Source: Promineifilum sp. (GTDB lineage: Bacteria > Chloroflexota > Anaerolineae > Promineifilales > Promineifilaceae). From it: a stretch of 64,000 bases of DNA. The stretch is from positions 6,231-70,230 of the forward strand of contig JAGOZU010000002.1 in NCBI GenBank assembly GCA_018058545.1, in the 5' to 3' direction. Below are positions 46,224 through 56,101 of this stretch, in pieces. Below the pieces are notes generated by a model, which had not been told where the DNA came from, searched no databases, and saw only the letters and a list, made by a program, of their open reading frames with translations. A program made the position numbers and the translations under genes. Numbering within the stretch: position 1 is the first letter of the stretch; each line of letters opens with the position of its first letter.

Positions 46224-47573
46224 ATGAGTGCGAAACGAAAAGATGAAGTCGTGATTATCGGCGGGGGCTTCGGCGGTCTGTATACGGCCCACGCCATGCG
46301 CCATGCGCCGGTGAATGTGACGCTCATTGACCGGCGAAACTTCCATTTGTTCCAGCCCCTGCTTTATCAGGTGGCGACCGGAGGCCTGTCCCCCGAGGAT
46401 ATCGCCTCCCCCCTGCGCGCCGTGTTGAAGAAGGCGAAGAACACCCGCGTGCTGACCGGCCAGGTGGTCGATATCGATCCGGCGCGACAGGTTGTGGTGC
46501 TTGAGGATGGCGATGAGATCGCCTACGATGACCTGATCGTGGCCACGGGATCGAGTCACCACTACTTCGGCCGCGATGCCGAGTGGGAGGGGCTGGCCCC
46601 CGGCCTGAAGACCATCGAGGACGCTGTCCGCATTCGCCGTCAGGTATTGCTGGCGTTTGAGGCGGCCGAGCGCGAGCCTGATCCCGATCGACGGCGGGCC
46701 TTGCTGACTTTCGTCATCGTCGGCGGCGGGCCGACGGGCGTCGAGCTGGCCGGCGCGATGGGCGAGCTGTCGCGCACGACCTTGCCCGGCGAGTTCCGTA
46801 CGTTCGATCCGGCCGAGGCGCAGATATTTCTGGTAGAGGGGATGGATCGCATCCTGACGGCGTACCCCGAGGATCTGTCGGCCGCGGCCACGAAGGCGCT
46901 GGTCGGGCTGGGCGTGACGGTCAAAACCAACACGCTGGTCACCGACGTCACCGAGGATTACGTCATTGTGAAGGATACGCGCTCGGAGGAGCGGACGCTC
47001 ATCCCCACGCGAACGGTGCTGTGGGGCGCGGGCGTCAAGGCGTCGCCGCTGGCCGGAGTGCTGGCGCGGCAGGCGAACGCCGAGCAGGATCGCATGGGGC
47101 GCGTCATCGTCCAGCCCGATCTGACCCTGCCCGATCATCCCAATATCTTCGTCATCGGCGACCTGGCCCATTATGCCCACCAGACGGGCGAACCGCTGCC
47201 GGGCGTGGCCCAGGTGGCGATGCAGATGGGCGAGTATGTGGCCGATGTCTTGCGGCGGCGGCGCTTGGGGAGGAACATCCGGCCGTTCCATTATCGGGAC
47301 AGGGGGCTGCTGGCGGTCATCGGCCGCAACAAGGCGGTGGCCGACATCGGCGATCTGCATTTCTCCGGCTTCCCGGCCTGGCTCATCTGGGTTTTCGTCC
47401 ATATCCACTTCCTGATCGAGTATGACAACAAGCTGAAGGTGATGACCCAGTGGGCCTGGAGCTACCTGACGCGACGGCAGGGCGCCCGGCTCATCACCGG
47501 CGAAGCCCACCCGGTGTGGATGGATCTGCCTATCGAGCATGTTCACCTCCCCGAAAAGGTCGAGGTGGACTAG
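46224..47573 (+). CDS. ndh: Type II NADH dehydrogenase
   Basis: GGGFGG, FQPLLYQVATG, GGGPTGVELAG, IFVIGD, AQVAMQ. Confidence 0.92.
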   Translation: MSAKRKDEVVIIGGGFGGLYTAHAMRHAPVNVTLIDRRNFHLFQPLLYQVATGGLSPEDIASPLRAVLKKAKNTRVLTGQVVDIDPARQVVVLEDGDEIAYDDLIVATGSSHHYFGRDAEWEGLAPGLKTIEDAVRIRRQVLLAFEAAEREPDPDRRRALLTFVIVGGGPTGVELAGAMGELSRTTLPGEFRTFDPAEAQIFLVEGMDRILTAYPEDLSAAATKALVGLGVTVKTNTLVTDVTEDYVIVKDTRSEERTLIPTRTVLWGAGVKASPLAGVLARQANAEQDRMGRVIVQPDLTLPDHPNIFVIGDLAHYAHQTGEPLPGVAQVAMQMGEYVADVLRRRRLGRNIRPFHYRDRGLLAVIGRNKAVADIGDLHFSGFPAWLIWVFVHIHFLIEYDNKLKVMTQWAWSYLTRRQGARLITGEAHPVWMDLPIEHVHLPEKVEVD

Positions 47574-47748
47574 GCTTATCGTCGCCGATTAAGCCCTCTC
47601 TCATGCTCCGCGCGAATTTTGGTATTAGCTCCTAACTGCTGCTACCATAGCGTGTTGCTTATTCGGGCGTTCAGAACGACCCATCCGGCCCGCCGCCCGT
47701 CTGTTGACCAAGGGGTGGTGGTCCTTATCTAGGAGATTAGGTAGTAAA

Positions 47749-48627
47749 ATGCGCAAGACATACCTGCCGCTTTTGGCTGCGCTTGGCCTGCTGTTAGCCG
47801 GCCTGATCACTTTTGCCGGGCCTGCCCAGGCTCAGGACCAGCCGGCCCCCACCGCAGTGCCGGGGACGCGACCCGACGGATCGATCGTCCACGTCGTGAA
47901 GGAGGGCGAATCCCTGTGGTTGATCGCCATCCAGTATGCCGAGGTGTTGGGTATGTCGGCCGAGGACGCGCTGCCCTACCTGCAGGAACTGAACAACAAC
48001 CCGGCGTTCATCAATCCGGGGGATGAGATCCTCATCCGCGCGGGCAACCCCGCCACCCCGACGGAGGCCAGCGGGGGAGAAGCAACCCCCGAGCCGACCG
48101 TGGCGCCCCCCACCGAGGTGCCCACCGAACCCCCGCCCACGGAGCAAATCGCCGGGACCATTTGCGTGGGCGCATTCCATGACGCCAACGGTGACGGCCA
48201 GCGCAATCAGGACGAGGCGCTGGTGGCCGACGCCGCCATCGCCATCTCCCGCACGGGCGCGACTGTCTCCACCTATATCACCGATGGCGAGAGCGAGCCG
48301 TTCTGCTTCGAGCTGACCGAGGCCGACTCGTATCAATTGCAACTGTATCCGCCCGCGGGCTTCACGGCGACCACCGAGGATAACTGGGCCGTCTCCATCG
48401 CCAATGGCGAGTCCTACACGGTCCTGTTCGGGTTGAGCGATGTCCAGGCTCCGGCCGATGCAGCCCCGACCGACGCGGCCGATCCCGGCCAAACGGCCCC
48501 GACCGGGGAGGCGGCTCCGGCCGCGAGCGGCGGTTTGCCCGGCAATCTGGGGCTAATCATCCTGGGCGTGGTGGTCGTACTTGTGGTGCTGGCGGTGATC
48601 GGCGTGGTGTTGCTGCGTCGCGGGTGA
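47749..48627 (+). CDS. Secreted LysM + SdrD-B-like domain protein with C-terminal TM anchor
   Basis: Signal peptide; HVVKEGESLWLIA...I.PGDEILI (LysM); FHDANGDGQRNQDE (SdrD-B-like); hydrophobic C-terminus followed by RR. Confidence 0.78.
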   Translation: MRKTYLPLLAALGLLLAGLITFAGPAQAQDQPAPTAVPGTRPDGSIVHVVKEGESLWLIAIQYAEVLGMSAEDALPYLQELNNNPAFINPGDEILIRAGNPATPTEASGGEATPEPTVAPPTEVPTEPPPTEQIAGTICVGAFHDANGDGQRNQDEALVADAAIAISRTGATVSTYITDGESEPFCFELTEADSYQLQLYPPAGFTATTEDNWAVSIANGESYTVLFGLSDVQAPADAAPTDAADPGQTAPTGEAAPAASGGLPGNLGLIILGVVVVLVVLAVIGVVLLRRG

Positions 48628-48660
48628 GTTGGTTTTGCGCTATTAGCCGGATCGATTCAA

Positions 48661-48690
48661 AGGGGAGCCTTCGAGGCTCCTCTTTTTATT
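48661..48690 (+). terminator. Intrinsic terminator
   Basis: ggggagcc-ttcga-ggctcctc followed by tttttattt. Confidence 0.85.
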
Positions 48691-48834
48691 TACCCAAATT
48701 CAGCGATGAAATTACAAACCGGTCATTTCATCGCCTTAGCATCGACTAAACGTTTCCCCGGCGCATAGCAGCACTTCATGCTATCTTCTACACTGGAAGA
48801 TGGAACCAATTGACTTGCTTAATTCGTCTCTATC

Positions 48835-51630
48835 ATGATGCAGAATAATCCTCAACCTCCCGTTCAATATATCCCCGCCACGCCGCCACCGGCGCGTCCG
48901 AAGCGCGGCTGCGGCTGCGTAGGCGGCGCGATTCTGGGCATCATCGCCCTGATCCTGATCGTCGTGGTCGGTGGCGCGGCGGCCGCCGGCGGTCTGGTCT
49001 ATGCCAACTGGTCGCGCGAGATCGAGTCCGGCATCGCCGCTCTCGACACGGCTCGCGACCGCGAAACCTTCGAGACGACCCGGATCACCGACCGCAACGG
49101 CGAATTGTTGTGGGAGATATTCGGGGAGGGCAAGCGCACGGCCGTGCCTCTCGACCAGATTCCGGCCCATCTCATTGCCGCCACCGTCTCTGTGGAAGAC
49201 GACACCTTCTACGAGAATATCGGTCTCGACGCCCCCTCGCTGGCAGCGGCCATCCTGGCCAACCTCCGTAACTCCGACAGCCGGCCGGTCGGCGGCAGCA
49301 CCATCACCCAGCAAATCGTCCGCCATATCGCCTTTGATTATGAGGAGCGCACCTCCGTCTCCTATGAGCGCAAGATCAAGGAGATCGTGCTGGCCTGGAT
49401 GATGAACCGGGATTTCACCAAGGACGAGATCCTGGAGATGTACCTGAACGAGATCTATTACGGCAACCTGGCCTATGGCATCGAGGCGGCCGCCAACACC
49501 TACTTCGGCAAGAGCGCGCGAGACCTGACGTTGGGTGAGGCGAGCCTGCTGGCCGGGCTGCCGCAAAGCCCCGTCGAGCTGGACCCGTTCACCAATCTTG
49601 AGGGGGCCAAGGAGCGCCAGTGGCTGGTGCTCAATCTGATGATCAGCGAAGGCTACATCGATCGGGCGCAGGCCGAAGCCGCCTATCTGGAGCCGCTTCG
49701 TTTCGCGGCCCAGGAGGTCAGCCTGGACGCGCCGCATTTCGCCATTTACGTGCGCCAGCTGCTGGAGGAGCAGTACGGGGCGGAGATGGTGGCCAACGGC
49801 GGCTTGCGGGTGACGACCTCGCTGGACATGGGTTTCCAGCGTCTGGCCGAAGATCTGGCGCGGCAGCATGTCGGCGCGGTTGACCCGGCCAAAAATTTGA
49901 ACAACGCCGCGCTGGTGGCCATGAAGCCGGGCAGCGGCGAGATTCTGGCCATGCTGGGCAGCGTGGATTATCGCAACGAGGCCATCGACGGCCATGTGAA
50001 CGTGACCTTGTCCCCCCAGCAACCGGGCAGCGCCATCAAACCCCTGACCTATGCCGCGGCGCTGTCGCCCACGGACCCGGCCGGTCCCGCCGGCGGCGAA
50101 CCGCGCTGGACGGCGGGCGATATTCTGTGGGACGTGCCGGTGGAGTACAAGCAGTTCAACGGGGAGAGCTATGCGCCGGTCAATTACGACGGCGTCTTCC
50201 ACGGCCCGGTGCGGCTGCGCGCGGCGCTGGCCAACAGCTACAACATCCCGGCCGTGCTGCTGCTGCAAGACATCGGCGTGCCGCGCCTGCTGGAGTTCGG
50301 CCGCTCGCTGGGTCTCGACTCCTGGACCGGCGACTCCAGTCAATATGGCCTGTCGCTGACGCTGGGTGGCGGCGAGGTGACGCCGCTGGAGCTGACGACG
50401 GCTTACGCGGCCCTGGCCAACGGCGGCATGAAGGTCGCGCCGGTCGCCATCCTGCGCGTGGAACGCACCAACGGCGAGGTGCTCTATGAGTACCAACCGG
50501 CCGAATCGCAACGGGTCATCGACGAGCGCGTGGCCTATCTGATCGGCAATATCCTCGATGACGACCGGGCGCGCATCCCGGCTATGGGGTCGCCCAATCC
50601 GATGGAGCTGCCCTTCCCGGCCGCGGCCAAGACGGGCACGACCAACGACTTCCGCGATAACTGGACGATGGGCTACACGCCGGGGCTGGTCGTCGGCGTG
50701 TGGACGGGTAACACCGACAACAGTCCCATGGTCGGGGTTAGCGGTCTGGAGGGAGCGGCGCCGTTGTGGGGCAGTTATATGCAGGGGGTGTACAGCAATG
50801 GCGGCTTGGTGGCGCGGCTGGAGGTGAACGGGCTGGTGCCGCCGACGGAGTTCGTCCGTCCGGCAGGCGTCGTCGAACGGCCGCTTTGTGCGCTGACCAG
50901 CGCGACCGTCGGCTCATTTGACTGCCAACCCGGAGGCAATGAGCTGTTTCTGGAGAGTGCTGCGGCCCCCACGCCGGTGCCGACCGTCGATCGGCCGTCG
51001 GCTTTTTGGGAGAAGCTCGACCCGGCCATGTGGCGCGCCGTGGCCGTGCCGCTGCCGCCGCCCACGCCGGAACAGATAGCGCTCATCTCGCCGGAACAGC
51101 TGGAGGACCAATTGCCGCCGCAGCTCTTCTGCCACTTTGCCGAGGGCACGGCGCTGGAACTGTTGCCGCCGGAGGCCGTGCCGCAGATCTTTCTGGTCCC
51201 GCCGCGCAACGAGGAGAGCCTGAAATCGGCCCATGAATGGGCGCAGGCCAACAACATCGCCATCCTGCCGGCCTCGATCTGCACCGAGGAGTTGCTGGCG
51301 CAAGGGGTGGGGGAAGGGCAGACGGCCGTGTGGCGCATCACCTCTCCAGCCAACGGCGATACCGTCAGCGGTGACGTGCCCATCATCGGCACGGCCAGCT
51401 TTGACCCAGCCGTGGTGGAGTTCTACAAGGTCGAGTTGGGCATCCCCAACGGTGGGGAAATTCAGTGGCTGACGCTGGGGGAGACGCACAACACGCCCGT
51501 GGTCAATGGGGTGCTGGAGGTGTTGCAGTCGGGTGGCCTGGCGCCGGGGGTTTATTACCTGCGGCTGATCGTCATTGAGGACAGCAATTACGTGGGCGAA
51601 CCGCACCAGATTCAGATCATGGTTGAGTAG
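48835..51630 (+). CDS. Class A penicillin-binding protein (second PBP1A-like paralogue)
   Basis: EDDTFY, GGSTITQQ, RKIKE, YLNEIYYG, GSAIK, SYN, KTG; C-terminal Ig-like domain. Confidence 0.92.
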   Translation: MMQNNPQPPVQYIPATPPPARPKRGCGCVGGAILGIIALILIVVVGGAAAAGGLVYANWSREIESGIAALDTARDRETFETTRITDRNGELLWEIFGEGKRTAVPLDQIPAHLIAATVSVEDDTFYENIGLDAPSLAAAILANLRNSDSRPVGGSTITQQIVRHIAFDYEERTSVSYERKIKEIVLAWMMNRDFTKDEILEMYLNEIYYGNLAYGIEAAANTYFGKSARDLTLGEASLLAGLPQSPVELDPFTNLEGAKERQWLVLNLMISEGYIDRAQAEAAYLEPLRFAAQEVSLDAPHFAIYVRQLLEEQYGAEMVANGGLRVTTSLDMGFQRLAEDLARQHVGAVDPAKNLNNAALVAMKPGSGEILAMLGSVDYRNEAIDGHVNVTLSPQQPGSAIKPLTYAAALSPTDPAGPAGGEPRWTAGDILWDVPVEYKQFNGESYAPVNYDGVFHGPVRLRAALANSYNIPAVLLLQDIGVPRLLEFGRSLGLDSWTGDSSQYGLSLTLGGGEVTPLELTTAYAALANGGMKVAPVAILRVERTNGEVLYEYQPAESQRVIDERVAYLIGNILDDDRARIPAMGSPNPMELPFPAAAKTGTTNDFRDNWTMGYTPGLVVGVWTGNTDNSPMVGVSGLEGAAPLWGSYMQGVYSNGGLVARLEVNGLVPPTEFVRPAGVVERPLCALTSATVGSFDCQPGGNELFLESAAAPTPVPTVDRPSAFWEKLDPAMWRAVAVPLPPPTPEQIALISPEQLEDQLPPQLFCHFAEGTALELLPPEAVPQIFLVPPRNEESLKSAHEWAQANNIAILPASICTEELLAQGVGEGQTAVWRITSPANGDTVSGDVPIIGTASFDPAVVEFYKVELGIPNGGEIQWLTLGETHNTPVVNGVLEVLQSGGLAPGVYYLRLIVIEDSNYVGEPHQIQIMVE

Positions 51631-51702
51631 GCTTATTCAACTTTGTCCAGTATGTCCGGGGATTGCTGAAAGCAGGAATATCCTGAGAAATTCGAATTCT
51701 TG

Positions 51703-51734
51703 AACGCGGGGTTGTCTGCCCCGCGTTTTATTTT
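51703..51734 (+). terminator. Intrinsic terminator
   Basis: aacgcgggg-ttgtctg-ccccgcgtt followed by ttatttt. Confidence 0.85.
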
Positions 51735-51737
51735 CCC

Positions 51738-51784
51738 TTGACGGGCTGGAGTATTAGTTGCATAATGGTTCCAATATGGAACCA
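51738..51784 (+). promoter_or_regulatory. Sigma70-type promoter with palindromic operator for vapBC
   Basis: TTGACG-17 nt-CATAAT; perfect inverted repeat TGGTTCCA-ata-TGGAACCA at 51766-51784. Confidence 0.85.
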
Positions 51785-51798
51785 CGTCGGAGATACAG

Positions 51799-52041
51799 AT
51801 GACTACAATCACGGTAAAAAATATCCCTGAAGATCTTTATATGCTCCTAAAAGAAACTGCCGCGGCCAATCGCCGCAGCATCAACAGCGAGATCATCGCC
51901 TGCCTCGAGCGTAGCGTCAGGGCGAGGCCGGTTGATATCGATGAGTTCCTCGAACGCGCCCGCGAACTGCGAGAGTTAACGGCTGACTACGTTATCACCG
52001 ACGACAAGTTGACCGAGGCCAAAAACACGGGCAGGCCATGA
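51799..52041 (+). CDS. Arc/FitA-type ribbon-helix-helix antitoxin
   Basis: MTTITVKNIPEDLY..LKETAAANRRSINSEII..LE; ATGA overlap with the PIN gene. Confidence 0.88.
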   Translation: MTTITVKNIPEDLYMLLKETAAANRRSINSEIIACLERSVRARPVDIDEFLERARELRELTADYVITDDKLTEAKNTGRP

Positions 52042-52439
52042 TCATCACCGACACAAACGTTATCGCCTATCTGTTGCTCACAGGCGAATACTCGGCCCAA
52101 GCTGAAAAGGCGCTCCGATTAGACCCTGTCTGGGCCGCGCCGATACTCTGGCGCAGCGAGTTTCGCAACGTGCTTGCTCTCTACATACGAAAAAAAAGCC
52201 TGACCGTTGGTCAGGCAATTCAGATATTCGACAGGGCGGATGCGCTCCTGGACGGGCGAGAATACACGTTGTCATCGCGTTCGGTGCTTGAACTGGTAGC
52301 CCGGAGCAATTGCTCTGCCTATGATTGTGAGTTCGTAGCTCTGGCTCAGGACCTTGGCGTCTCGATGGTCACGGTTGATAAACGAATTCCGGCCCAGTTC
52401 CCCGATGTAGCCGTCTCGCTTGTGGATTATATCGCTTGA
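52038..52439 (+). CDS. VapC PIN-domain toxin
   Basis: IITDTNV, SEFRNVL, SAYDCEFVALA, VTVDK acidic PIN residues. Confidence 0.9.
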   Translation: MIITDTNVIAYLLLTGEYSAQAEKALRLDPVWAAPILWRSEFRNVLALYIRKKSLTVGQAIQIFDRADALLDGREYTLSSRSVLELVARSNCSAYDCEFVALAQDLGVSMVTVDKRIPAQFPDVAVSLVDYIA

Positions 52440-52443
52440 TGAA

Positions 52444-53034
52444 TTAGCGCCCCTCCGCGCCCCACACATCTTCCAACATCTTCTGCACCGCTTCCGGCAA
52501 TGACCAGGCGACATGAGCGCCTTGCTCATCGCGCATGACCAGCCCCTGGGAGGACAGCTGGTCCAGCGCCACAAGGACCGTGGAACGGGTCAGTCCGCTC
52601 TTGAGACTGATCTTCCGCGTCACCGCCGGCAGGGGCAGCAACCCCATCGTCAGCACGACCTTGAGTTGTGTGCCCGACAGCCGGCGAACCAGCGTCTCCA
52701 GTTTCAGGGGATCCGGTTCGTATTCGTTGTTCAATCGTCTTTCCTTGCGATAGGCGCTCAGGTCGACGCCCACCGGCAGCAGATCGTCCGGCAAGTTAAA
52801 CACCTGTAGCGTCGTGCGATAGACGGGGGAGCGAGCGAAGTAGAGGGCGGCGCTCATTTGTTCCGACGGATCGTCGCCGAAATAGTCGATGACCGACTGG
52901 CGAAGGATGGCCAGCAACAGGCGTCTGTCGGGCGACAGATTGCCGGGGATATCGAGATCGAGCAGGAACTGAATCCAGGCATCGGTCCCGTCATCGTTGG
53001 TATCATCCATGTGGTCCATATAGTTCATCGCCAT
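52444..53034 (-). CDS. Hypothetical protein with C-terminal winged-HTH-like domain
   Basis: C-terminal ISLKSGLTRSTVLVALDQLSSQGLV. N-terminal PDRRLLLAILRQSVIDY...AALYFARS motif. Start 53034 (GGGTG SD) or GTG 53043. Confidence 0.6.
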   Translation of the reverse strand: MAMNYMDHMDDTNDDGTDAWIQFLLDLDIPGNLSPDRRLLLAILRQSVIDYFGDDPSEQMSAALYFARSPVYRTTLQVFNLPDDLLPVGVDLSAYRKERRLNNEYEPDPLKLETLVRRLSGTQLKVVLTMGLLPLPAVTRKISLKSGLTRSTVLVALDQLSSQGLVMRDEQGAHVAWSLPEAVQKMLEDVWGAEGR

Positions 53035-53141
53035 TTGAAGCACCCACTTCGAAAAATTTCAATAAACATTGTATATGGAAACAGAACATTTGTGCTATTC
53101 AATTTTCGACACATTTTCGAAATTGGTTACAATTGCCGCCT

Positions 53142-53747
53142 ATGTTGACCTATCGAGTACGGCGACTGCCGACGGCCGAGGATGAAGATGCCCGGCGGTA
53201 TCATCTGTTCGACCGTTCGGACCAATTGTTGCTGGTGGCCGATCAGGGCAGCGCCTGGCTGCCCGACGGCGAAGCGCCGCAAGTGCGTTTCTCCGGGCCG
53301 GGCGGCACACGTCGCGCCTCGATGGACCTGCCGCGCTCGGGGGACCATCGCCAGGGCAAGAAGCAGAATTTCGCCATCATCTTTGAGCATGCCGTCTACG
53401 CGCTGATCACGGCAATGGATCTGTCCAGCGGCACAAGTCCGCTGATCCCGCAACCGTCGACGACCGGCAAGTTCGATCGGCTGTCGATCGAGGTGGAGGG
53501 CAACCGCTGGCTGGCCTTGCGCGGGATCGGTGGGGAAGAAGGGCCGTTATTGACCCTGTATGACGCGGACGCGGCCGACCTGTCCGTGACTGTTGACCCC
53601 GAATCGGCCGATCTGCCCGAACCGATTGGCCTCATCGAGAAAGAGACAGGCGACTATCAGTTTGGCCTGACGCTGCCTGCCGGGCGGCTGGCGCAAGGAC
53701 CATTGTTGGGATTGGCGCTGGTCTATCTGATCGACAGCAGGGATTGA
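53142..53747 (+). CDS. Hypothetical protein
   Basis: Open frame with plausible codon use; ends LGLALVYLID like tubby/LURP-type barrels (weak). TCGACA/TACAAT promoter just upstream. Confidence 0.55.
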   Translation: MLTYRVRRLPTAEDEDARRYHLFDRSDQLLLVADQGSAWLPDGEAPQVRFSGPGGTRRASMDLPRSGDHRQGKKQNFAIIFEHAVYALITAMDLSSGTSPLIPQPSTTGKFDRLSIEVEGNRWLALRGIGGEEGPLLTLYDADAADLSVTVDPESADLPEPIGLIEKETGDYQFGLTLPAGRLAQGPLLGLALVYLIDSRD

Positions 53748-53825
53748 CCTTTCGGCCGACACCTGACCCCCAATTGCTGTTCCCGCTCTGCTGACAAAGC
53801 AAACGTATAACGGTACAATCAGGCC

Positions 53826-54602
53826 ATGTCGTTTCGCCAGATGCTCCCCTTCCTGTTTCTGAACGTGGTCGTCTCCGCCCTGGTCGTGCTGTCCATCCTG
53901 TTCTGGTGGGAAAACCGCGACCGGCGAGGCGAGTTGGCGGCCGGGCCTACAGCGGCCGCTATCACCGATGGCGGGCTGCCGACGCCCAACATCGCCGCGC
54001 CGCCCTCCGGCACGATCCCCGCCGCGCCCGAGGCCCAATCGGGCGGCGAGGAGCCGGTCACCCATGTCGTCCAGGCGGGCGAGACGCTCAACATCATCAG
54101 CCAACGGTATGACGTCAGCGTCGAAGACATCATGCAGGTCAACGGAATGGACAATCCGAACTTCATCGCCGTCGGCCAATCGTTGACCATTCCCGTGGGC
54201 GGCATCCCCGAACCGACGGCCGCTCCCACCGAGACGACCGTGGCCTTGCCGTCGCCCATCCCCACCGAACCGGCGGCCGCCGGCGGCAGCGGGCGAATCG
54301 GCGTCGCGGCCGTCCTCGATCCCGGCATCCTGGAGACGGAAGTCGTGGAGCTGGTCAACAGCGGGACCGAGCAGCAATCGCTGGCGGGCTGGAAGATACG
54401 CGACGAGGACAGCAATGTCTACACCTTCGGCAACGTCACGGTCTTTGGCGAGGGGGCGGGCATCCGGCTACTCACCCGGGCGGGCGCTGATACCTCCGGC
54501 GAATTGCATTGGGGGCTGGGCGAAGCGGCCTGGCGCAGCGGCGAGATGTTGACGCTTTGGGACGCGGCCGGGCAGGTGGTCGCCACGTTTGTTGTCCCCT
54601 AG
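53826..54602 (+). CDS. Membrane-anchored LysM + lamin-tail domain protein
   Basis: N-terminal TM; THVVQAGETLNIISQRYDVS..DIMQVN...GQSLTIP (LysM); EVVELVN...SLAGWKIRD...YTF (LTD). Confidence 0.82.
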   Translation: MSFRQMLPFLFLNVVVSALVVLSILFWWENRDRRGELAAGPTAAAITDGGLPTPNIAAPPSGTIPAAPEAQSGGEEPVTHVVQAGETLNIISQRYDVSVEDIMQVNGMDNPNFIAVGQSLTIPVGGIPEPTAAPTETTVALPSPIPTEPAAAGGSGRIGVAAVLDPGILETEVVELVNSGTEQQSLAGWKIRDEDSNVYTFGNVTVFGEGAGIRLLTRAGADTSGELHWGLGEAAWRSGEMLTLWDAAGQVVATFVVP

Positions 54603-54741
54603 AAGCTCGCGTTCACGCTTGACCGCAGGCAGGCGAGAAACGGGATCCTCGTCGCCTCGCGGCCTTTCTCATTTGTCTCCAATCCGGCTCTGGTATAGTG
54701 GTAATGTGCTTGACATGACAAACGGCAATGGAGGTGAAACC

Positions 54742-54966
54742 ATGCGCGGAATAGTCAGCCCCAAGGGCGAACAGTTCGGCTACATCATCGGCGACACGCT
54801 CTACACGCTGGATGACGAACCCAGCGGCCGTATCCGGGGCGAGGTTGTGGTTGATATGGCCGGCAACCCCGTTTGGCGAATCGTCGGCGACGGCCTCTAC
54901 TCCCTGAACGGCATGGAGACCATCGGCTATATGACCGGCGCGCGGATCGACGAGTACGATCGGTAA
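54742..54966 (+). CDS. Small beta-repeat (beta-flower-like) hypothetical protein
   Basis: Strong SD GGAGGTG; about four repeats of 16-17 aa (G.x.x.G.I.GD.LY). Confidence 0.65.
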   Translation: MRGIVSPKGEQFGYIIGDTLYTLDDEPSGRIRGEVVVDMAGNPVWRIVGDGLYSLNGMETIGYMTGARIDEYDR

Positions 54967-55067
54967 CGATCTGCGCCGCCATCGAAACGAGCAGGCGATG
55001 GGGAATCGTCCCCTTCGCCTGTTTCAACGAGCAAATCTAACGTTGAAGCAACAAGAGGTAATGACTC

Positions 55068-55943
55068 ATGCGACTTGGCGCACACATTAGCGCGGCCGGT
55101 GGGGCGTATAAGGCTTTTCAGCGCGCCCGCGAGGCCACTTGTGACTCTTTTCTCATCTTCACCAAAAGCAATCGACAATGGGCGGCCAAGCCGCTGAGCG
55201 ACGAGGATATCGCGCTCTACAAAGAGGCCGCGGCCGAAAATGCCGACCTGTATCCGGTGGCGGTTCATGCCGCCTATCTGATCAATGTGGCCTCGCCGGA
55301 TGAGACGCTTTGGGAGAAGTCATATTTGGCGCTGAAGGATGAGATCGAGCGCGCGGCCGCTCTGGGCATCGGCATGGTCACCTTCCATCCCGGCTCCTAC
55401 ATGGCCGGCGACGAGACAACCGGGCTGGATGCCATCGCCCGGGCCATGCGTCGCCTGCTGGACGAGACGGCCGCGAGCGCTCCCGACACGGCCGTGTGTC
55501 TGGAGACGATGGCCGGGCAGGGCACGAACCTGGGCGGCCGCTTTGAGCATCTGGCCCATATCATCCGGCAGGTCGGGCCGGACGAGCGGCTGCGGGTCTG
55601 CTTCGACACCTGCCATGTCTTCGCCGCCGGCTATGACATCCGCACCCCGGAGACTTACGCGGCCACGATGGCTGAGTTCGACCGGGTAGTCGGCCTCGAC
55701 AAAATCCGCTGTTTTCATTTCAACGACAGCAAACACGATCTGGGCGAAGGCAAGGACCGCCACGAGCATATCGGCCAGGGCCGGATCGGGCTGGAGGGCT
55801 TTGCCAACTTCGTCAATGACCCGCGCTGGGCTGACTTTCCCGCCCATCTGGAGACGCTGCCGACCGAAGAGGCCGAGGACGGGACGACGATCGATATGAA
55901 TCAGATCAATCTGGCGACCTTGCGATCGTTGATGCGCGCCTAG
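55068..55943 (+). CDS. nfo: Endonuclease IV
   Basis: GAHISAAGG, HAAYLIN, FHPG, ETMAG, DTCH, HFNDS, DRHEHIG. Confidence 0.96.
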   Translation: MRLGAHISAAGGAYKAFQRAREATCDSFLIFTKSNRQWAAKPLSDEDIALYKEAAAENADLYPVAVHAAYLINVASPDETLWEKSYLALKDEIERAAALGIGMVTFHPGSYMAGDETTGLDAIARAMRRLLDETAASAPDTAVCLETMAGQGTNLGGRFEHLAHIIRQVGPDERLRVCFDTCHVFAAGYDIRTPETYAATMAEFDRVVGLDKIRCFHFNDSKHDLGEGKDRHEHIGQGRIGLEGFANFVNDPRWADFPAHLETLPTEEAEDGTTIDMNQINLATLRSLMRA

Positions 55944-56101
55944 GGCGGTTGGCTGTGCTTCGACAAATCCAACGAGCTTCCGGAATTTGACATAACGCCG
56001 GAAATTTATCCCGGGCCGCCCGCAGCCGGATTGGCTGTGCGACAGGCGGCCGGCCAAACCCACACCGACCGATCAGATGACCGGCCACCAGGAGTTGATC
56101 C

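Noticed and set aside
47600-47748. Riboswitch (c-di-AMP/c-di-GMP) in the leader of the LysM gene
   Set aside because: Small hairpins are present, but I could not match any known aptamer consensus. An Infernal/Rfam scan would be decisive.
55950-56041. Duplicated ttggctgtgc and ccggaa(a)ttt words between nfo and the dipeptidase
   Set aside because: Two short copies in a GC-rich spacer, with no promoter geometry; too weak to call.
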